A stretch of DNA of 60,000 bases from positions 9,178,001 through 9,238,000 of the forward strand of contig OZ249436.1 of NCBI GenBank assembly GCA_965235115.1, given 5' to 3'. Made by a program: the position numbers and the translations under genes. The notes beneath the pieces are model-generated. The model saw only the letters and a program-made list of their open reading frames with translations. It did not search any database and was not told the origin of the DNA. Origin of the DNA: Laetmonice hystrix (taxonomy: Eukaryota). The stretch's first letter is position 1. Each line of letters opens with the position of its first letter. Shown here one piece after another: positions 52,863 to 60,000 of the stretch.

Positions 52863-53893
52863 TTAATGCTGTTCGGATACAGTGAATGATGCACACCTGT
52901 CCTGAAAAAAGATATGGTAATAGCCATATAGCCCCCCCCCCCCCTATTTCAAATTAAGCTTAGCCTAGGCCTACATGATACGCCTAGGCCTAATGATATG
53001 TTACTTTAAATTTATTCGGTGAAAGGAGTCTAAGCTAATCCCCACAGGGACGAATAATTAATTAGCGTATAATCCATAGGGGGCCTACACGTTGGCGCCA
53101 AGGGGGTGCGTTTCAATATCAAAAGGGCGAGGGACTCTTTGACTTTGGTGCTAGTTCACGATATACGCGCTCATTGTTTTCACTTTGGGCACTTCACAAT
53201 GATGACAAGTGTCTTTGATGGCGCAGCACCCCCACCCCCTCCAGGGCACCTAATCCGCCCATGCTGCCCCCGCTGTATAGGCCTACTGTGGCGCCTACAT
53301 GCATAGTTAGCCTACACTATTTACGCCTCCAGCTTGTCGGTCAAGCTGTCAGCACAGAATCCCATGAGATGGCTCAGTCATCATGATCACAGAAAAAGAT
53401 GGCAGAAAGCTACAAAACCGCAAGGTGTAGCTCTACCCGCTCGAGCATTGTCAAGCCTCTAGGTGGCAGCACGTTAGAGTCAAATAGTAAAGCCTTTCCC
53501 TGCTTGGAAGCCTCAAAGATAGAGGGCAGCATCAGGTAGGCCTACGTGTCGATCTTTTACCCAGGCTAGCGGATTCCCCAAGCCTGGCGTGAATTATGTT
53601 TTGTATTTTCGAAAAATGGTTTGTTCAGCAGATGTGCACAACTGTAAAAAAAGGAGGATTCTGGAGAGTAGACCTAGGGCTAGGGCCATAGGCCTATTTG
53701 TATGATTGGAAGAAACCTTCCAAATTAAAATTGTAATCATTCATTGAATCAGGGCACCGTTTTTTTTATTAAAGGGGCCTAGGCCTAAAAGAATTACCTG
53801 AATAGTCCTAGATTGGGATTTTGGAAAAGATCTATTTATTACGTCTCCCCCCAGCTGGGGGAGACGTTTTGTTTTGCACGCTGTTTCTGACCG

Positions 53894-53940
<47 letters not shown>

Positions 53941-54916
53941 TGTTTCTTTTATTTTCTTCTTTTTGGAATAACTCGGCCACTGTTAGAGAGGGAGTTATCA
54001 AATTTGAAATGGCCCGACAGAACCTTCTGAAAAATCTTTGTTTCTACTTATAGTGCCATTTGACCTTTGACCTCTTCTGTGGCACGAATGTGCCAACTTG
54101 TGCTGTGATCACGATAACGCGAGAAAAATAGCCTGAATCGATCCAAAATTGGTATGTCGGCCTTCTTTCATCCGGGGCTTGGACAAGTTCGAAAACCAGT
54201 TTGGTTGACCCAGAACTTTCAAGATGGCGGCTGATCTAAAAAAAATGGCACGTGCCATTTTTTTGCCAAAGCCATAACTCGGAAAATACTGGCTGGAATA
54301 ACATCAAATTTGGTCAGCAGGGTCATCTATGTGCCAAATTTAGATTTCCCGGAGGACACGTTCCTGTGACCCCAGATGACCTCTGTGTGACCTTCAACAT
54401 TTTCGAAGTGGTTGGGCGCTTACTTGACGTCAGCTCAAAAACTACCGGGGCTAGAAAGTCCTAATTTGGGGAAAAGACAACTGTGGATATTTTCTCGGGA
54501 TTTTGCTATTTTTAGCACTTCATGACCTTTGACCTCAGTACCGTGCCAACCTTAGAGAAGCCTTTTATATATCCCAAACCCCTGACAGTATCTTTATGAA
54601 ACTTGGTGGAGAAGAATCTCCAGGTCTTTCCCTACAACCGCTACATTAAGTGTTTTTCTCTACAGTTAATAGTTTCCGACTTATGCGGCTTACACAGCGC
54701 GTAAACAACTTGTTTCTGATTGGCTGTATGCTAATGAGTATCCAGAACTAGCGTGGGAAAAAAATTCGCCAGCGGGCCCGCTCCCAGTCACTGGCCTGTG
54801 CGCCTGTTCTCAGCCGTTGTCCCTAGCAACTCCCGCCAATCCCCAGTCAGGCGTCCTTCTCAGCCGTGGTAACTCCCCACCAAACCCCTACACGGGCCGG
54901 CCGCCCGTCCCCCACC

Positions 54917-55154
54917 TATGGAATACCGGCGACGACATGCGAGATGCGAGACAGTGTGTTTGGGTTAGGGTAAAGGTTAGGCCTACGGTTAGTGTTAGTT
55001 TTCACTTTAGCCCCAAAATTATTGTTAAATAGGCACTAATTGAGCAGTGGATCGTGATGTCGGTGTCAATAAGAAACATTCTATGTGCTAAATTGACAGT
55101 GTTCGGTTCCATGTCGCTTCTCGCATCTCGCATGTCGTCGCCGGTATTTCCATA
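54917..55154. mobile_element. MITE nested in the Helentron-like element, with TTAGGG-like internal tract
   Basis: TIR tatggaataccggcgacgacatgcgagatgcgaga / tctcgcatctcgcatgtcgtcgccggtatttccata; ccccacc direct flanks. Confidence 0.75.
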
Positions 55155-55289
55155 CCCCACCACCGCAGATCCCACAACTGAGTTAGATAACACTTCCACG
55201 CTCCACCAACAACCACCAACTCCTTTACCACAGCCAGCACATCGCACCCACACACCCACACCCCTACCCACATACATACATACCTTATC

Positions 55290-55995
55290 GTCATCGGTAT
55301 TTTCAGCTAGCAGTAACTTGGCAATAGAGCCAGATAGGCCCATAGTTACTATTGAAGACAGATAGGAGTCATATATGGTCTTTAAAATTACACCATTTTT
55401 AATTAGGTCACGTGACCCTACGTGACTCTATGACGTCATCAGTATTTTCAATTAGCAGTAACTTGGAAATAGAGCCAGATAGGCCCATAGTTACTATTGA
55501 AGACAGATAGGAAGTCATTATGGCCTTTAAAATGACACAATTTTTAATTAGGTCACGTGACCCTACGTGACTCTATGACATCGGTATTTTCAATTAGCAA
55601 TAACTTGGAAACAGAGCCAGATAGGCCCATAGTTACTATTGTAGACAGATAGGAAGTCATATATGGCCTTTCAAATGACACCATTTTTAATTAGGTCATG
55701 TGACCATATATGGCTGTATGACGTCATCAGTGTTTTCAGCTGGCAGTAACTTGGAAAAAGAGCCAGATAGGCCCATACGTACTAGTGATACCCATAGGAA
55801 GTCATATATGGCCTTTCAAATGACACCATTTTTAGTTAGGTCACGTGACCCTACGTTGCCCTATGACGTCATTGGTATTTTAAGATGGCTGTAACTTAGA
55901 AACAGAGCCAGATGGGTCCATGGTTCCCATTAAACTCATATGGAAAATCATATATGAGTTTTCAATTTACGTCAATTTAAATGCTGTCACGTGAC
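55290..55995. repeat. ~145-bp tandem repeat x5 inside the Helentron-like element
   Basis: cagtaacttgg..agagccagataggcccatagttact...ggtcacgtgaccc repeated. Confidence 0.85.
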
Positions 55996-57639
55996 CCCAT
56001 CTGGCTTAATGACCCTTTTTAGGTAATTTTCAACCAAAGATCAGTGAAAACGGTTAAAGATATCAATGTCTGGGTTTCACCTTTGGGTTTAGCATAAAAA
56101 ACTTGACCCATCCTCAGCGAATTTGAAAAATCCAAGATGGCGGCCAAGTTGACCTAATTTCCAATTTCAGCACCATTGGATTGGGTAATAGGTCCACTAT
56201 CTCTGACACCGAGATGGCTCCCCTAAATTCGATAGTTTCCATCTTATGGCCCCTCAAAGTTGGCCCTTTTAGGTTATTTTCAACCAAACATCAGTGATAC
56301 CTCGAAAACGGTTAAAGATATCAATGTCTGGTTTTGACCATTGGGTTTGGGATGAAAACCTTGAGCCATTTTCCCTGAATTTGAAAAATCCAAGATGGCG
56401 GCCAAGTTGACCTAATTTCCGATTTTAACACCATTGGATTGGGTAATAGGTCAGCTGTCTCTGACACCGAGATGGCTCCCCTAAAATCAATAGTTTCCAA
56501 ATTATGGCTCTTCAAAGTTGGCCCTTTTAGTAGGCACTTTCATGACGTCACAATTTGTGGGGTCACTTTTTAACGTTACCGTTTGTGACCGGCGCTCCGC
56601 AAGGCGTTGGCAATGCCTAGTACCCGTTACAGGCGATTTGCACCCTTTTACGATAACTTCCGGTAGAGTTATTACTGTCAAGTTGAAGTAGAGGACGTGA
56701 TCTTTGACCTGCTGAAGGTCGGATGAAAATCAAGTAAGTACTTTTGATTTTATGGCCAAATGAAAGCAAAGCATGATTTTCAAAGCCTCATAGACTAAGA
56801 AATACATGTTCGACACTAAAATCCAACTTTAGACATGTTCCTTGATTAGTCCTCTGTCGGAAAATCTAAACTCTTTCAGCCTAAGATGCTGCGCACAATT
56901 AACTAAAGGGGGCGCAAAGAGCGCACCCCTCATAAACGAGCGTGATCCGCCAGGGGGCGCCACCTATCACTATGCTATCAGTGGCTCTGCAGTGCACTGA
57001 CCACCTTGACTATTGTGTGCCTGTAAAGCCATACATACAGTTATGTCATTTAGAACCGATTAATGAGAAACTGTAGATTTAAAAGTTGTTTGTATGCCAC
57101 AAAAGACATTTTATAAATAAGTGCAGGGATGAGAAATGGTAGTACTAGTATGTGGAACAAGTAAACTATTTTTTGAACAGGAACCTTGATTAATTTATGT
57201 CATTTCACGTTTTTCAGGATTTTACAAGTACCAGGCCTGAGGAACTCTCATGTCACCGTGTTAAAATTATATATTTAAGTATTCTGTGACATATTTTTCT
57301 TTGTAAAACAGGGGCTCTGCAATAATTTTGTTTATCAAACATTTGATCTGCGGTGTTTTATGCAGAAAGACTGATGAATGTTGTGTGTGATTCTGTCTCA
57401 CTATATACTGGTACTTTACCCATACCATACATCTCTATCTCTCTAACAACAGTAACATTATCTGTTCTCTTATGGTAGAGCAGAAATCATGAAAGTTTAC
57501 AAGAAAGACGTGCATAACAAGTACTATTTTAACGAAAGAATCTAACGAATACGTATCAGTATGAAAAGATGTGACAATGTATTTGCACTATCTATACTGT
57601 TATGATTAAATGAATCACTGGATCTGTACAAAATTATGT

Positions 57640-57732
57640 AACATAGGGCAGGGACCTGCATTTGTGACGGCAATTAGTCGAGCAGGACTCCCTGGGTAAA
57701 TATGATCAATAAAAAAAAAAAAAAAAAAAAAA
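57640..57732 (+). mobile_element. 3' end of a non-LTR retroelement (poly-A tail)
   Basis: cagggacctgc...gcaggactccctg hairpin followed by aataaa and a ~22-nt A run. Confidence 0.45.
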
Positions 57733-59190
57733 GTATGTAAAAATATGTTACCTTAACAACAAGTTAATATTTTGAAGAAATGAATTATCCGAAACGAAAA
57801 GAAATGGCATCCTGTTATAATCATACTTTGAGCACGCTGTCTAAGATATAACAGGGAGCATATTTTCCACAATATATGTCATAACGATAAAAAAAACTGA
57901 AAAAAATACACTTTTAGGAGTCTTGATTGAATCTTACTTTCTTAATTTTCATAAACTAACAGTCATAACAGCTTATACAATCTGCTGTCACATTGTAGAG
58001 CATTAAACAACCTTTCCGTAGAGCTATACAGCACCTTCCTATCTTTATTAGTTCCCGAGATACAGACTTCCTAAGAAACCAGAAAATTCAAGATTCATGG
58101 CGGCCATTTTGTTTTTCTTTGTTACCATGGCAACCACTATACATGTGTCGTCATAGAAGTAATGCCCAAAAATATCTCTTGTATAATAGCCAGGTCCTTC
58201 ATCTGAAAGTTTAAAATAGATTGATTAAATATATCAGGTTTTGCTGAAACGTGTCGCTTCAAAGCCTATCGAATGACCTTTGACCTTGACTTGACCTTTG
58301 AGTGACCTTCATAATTATGTGGGCAGCAGCTCATTATTATGACCTAGTTTTAAGCTGCAGTGAAAATAAAATCTCCAGTATACTGAATTTAAACATTTCT
58401 TTCCACATTAAACTGGAATATCCTCCCTCGTTATAGCCTTTTCTATAGGGAACGGTCACAAAATGCCCAATGTATTATGAATGGCAGTGGTGTCCCCAAA
58501 TGGGCTATCCGAAATGATAGTAAATGGGCAATATCTCGGCTAATATTCAACATAGAGCCAAAATCTAAACACCACCCGAATTCTTTTCTCAAGATACACC
58601 CATTAGGCCTATAATATGTGTTCTTAGATGTAATTAAATTTTTCATGAAAGTGCCTACTTTTAGGTCATTTTCAACCCAAAATCAGTGATATCTCTAAAA
58701 CGGTTAAAGATATCAACGTCTGGTTTTCACCATTGGGGTTAGGATGGAAAACTTGACCCATTTGAACAGAATTTGAAAAATCCAAGATGGCGGCCAAGTT
58801 GACCTAATTTCCGATTTTAACACCATTGACTGGTGAATGGGATACCTGTGCCCTGGGCACCTCGCAACTAGTTAATCTTTTCTTTCGCATAGAAAATCTG
58901 CCATAGCTATATCATTGCTTTTGCAACACACTACTTTCATACTAATTAGTCCTCTCTCAAAAATTATATGATGTCATTACTTTAAAAAAGGGGAGACGTC
59001 CTGTTCGGACTGAACAATTTCTAGTTTATCTTGGGCCTGAAGCAGTAAAGGTATCTTACTAGTTTACCTGGTGCTGCCACCTAGTGTTTTGTAATCTATA
59101 CACCATTTGTAGTTCGAGGGTACAACGCTAGGTTAGAAACCCCTCACGCATGTGGGGAGGGTGGCTTCTCAATGGAACAGCCACCGATTA

Positions 59191-59200
59191 GTGACGTCAC
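59191..59200. promoter_or_regulatory. CRE/ATF palindrome GTGACGTCAC
   Basis: Perfect TGACGTCA, ~40 bp upstream of the putative ATG. Confidence 0.5.
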
Positions 59201-59235
59201 GTATCAGCACTGGAGAATGGGTTGTTCTAGGGAAA

Positions 59236-59317
59236 ATGGCGGAATCTGGACGATGTGAGTGGAGTATAAGTCCGATACTAACGTTGATGTTTACCGTGAT
59301 ATATGCTTCAAAGATGG
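59236..59317 (+). CDS. Putative first coding exon of a divergent, unidentified gene (MAESGRCEWSISPILTLMFTVIYASKM, phase 1)
   Basis: aaaATGGCGG start context, G|GTAAGT donor at 59318, upstream CRE palindrome; no homology recognised. Confidence 0.4.
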
Positions 59318-60000
59318 GTAAGTAACATTATGGCTACTACAGACTACATGTCTTTCGTCCTCTGACTTTGCTGTATTGCACTGTATTCTAAAAGCATGCT
59401 TTATCGCAAGCATATTCGCCTTGCCCAGTGGCCATCATTCCTCGGCCGAGATTGAATCCTTGCAAGACATCCAATACACATCTGTCGGAGGACACACATG
59501 GTATTTCTTTTTTAAGTCTGTACCCCAGACGTAAAGTCTAGGTGTGCGTGGGGATAGGAGAAGGGAGGGAATCCCTATCAAGGATAGCGCTACTACTGGT
59601 GAATTCTAGCTAAACATTGTCCCAAGTAAAGGAGTGGAGGCTGTGGGACGAGCGGCCTCGGTCGGTCGGTCGGTGGGCCAACCGACCCGGCCCTTGCCTT
59701 GGGCCTCCGAGCGGGGTTCAGACACTCGCTGGCGGAACGGGTGGGAACCCCAGTGGCTTAGTCGGCTTGGGTTTCACAGACCGCCCTTCTTTCCTAGCGT
59801 AAACGTGCACGCGTATAACAGAGTAGCAAAAGAAATGTGTCGATGGTCTAGATCTAGCAGAAGCTTATTAAATGTCATGATATGATTTATATCATGGGCC
59901 CAGGCCAAAGGCTAATGGAGCAGACTGAGTCAGTGAGAGCTAGCTCAGTAGCTGTCTTCATTTCAGACACTGAGACAGATATATTTCAGGGGTAATTGGG

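Larger units (their letters stand above)
53838..59024 (+). mobile_element. Helentron/DINE-1-like non-autonomous rolling-circle element (~5.2 kb) with nested insertions
   Basis: 5' palindrome acgtctcccc-ccagct-gggggagacgt; (CTTT)n tract; internal tandem repeats; 3' subTIR ggggagacgt (58990-58999), hairpin tgttcggactgaaca, terminal ctag in T-rich context. Confidence 0.65.

Overview
Eukaryotic (animal, probably marine invertebrate) genomic DNA, repeat-rich, with no prokaryotic features. The main gene is a complete nine-exon heterotrimeric G-protein alpha subunit of the Gv class (gnav) on the minus strand. Its CDS runs 49609->15430; the exons I assembled by hand sum to 1080 nt (359 aa + stop), with all introns GT-AG and all phases consistent. 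Two things stand out. (1) Six tandem-repeat arrays are anchored on coding boundaries of this gene: the acceptors of exons 4, 5, 6 and 9, the donor of exon 5, and the stop codon. They multiply the splice signals. The exon-6 array creates four in-frame 21-nt AG|exon|GT(A/T)GT-type microexon candidates that would duplicate the DVGGQ motif, and the exon-5 donor array forms AG|GT ratchet-like units. (2) Switch I reads RTTSIIE, with Ser in place of the Gly whose G->S substitution is the classic RGS-insensitive mutation. The rest of the window is intronic minisatellites, non-autonomous DNA transposons (hAT-, Harbinger- and Kolobok-like, plus a ~5.2 kb Helentron/DINE-like element), degraded retroelement-like relics, and a possible first exon of a divergent + strand gene near 59.2 kb. 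All coordinates were read by eye; repeat and TE edges are approximate.
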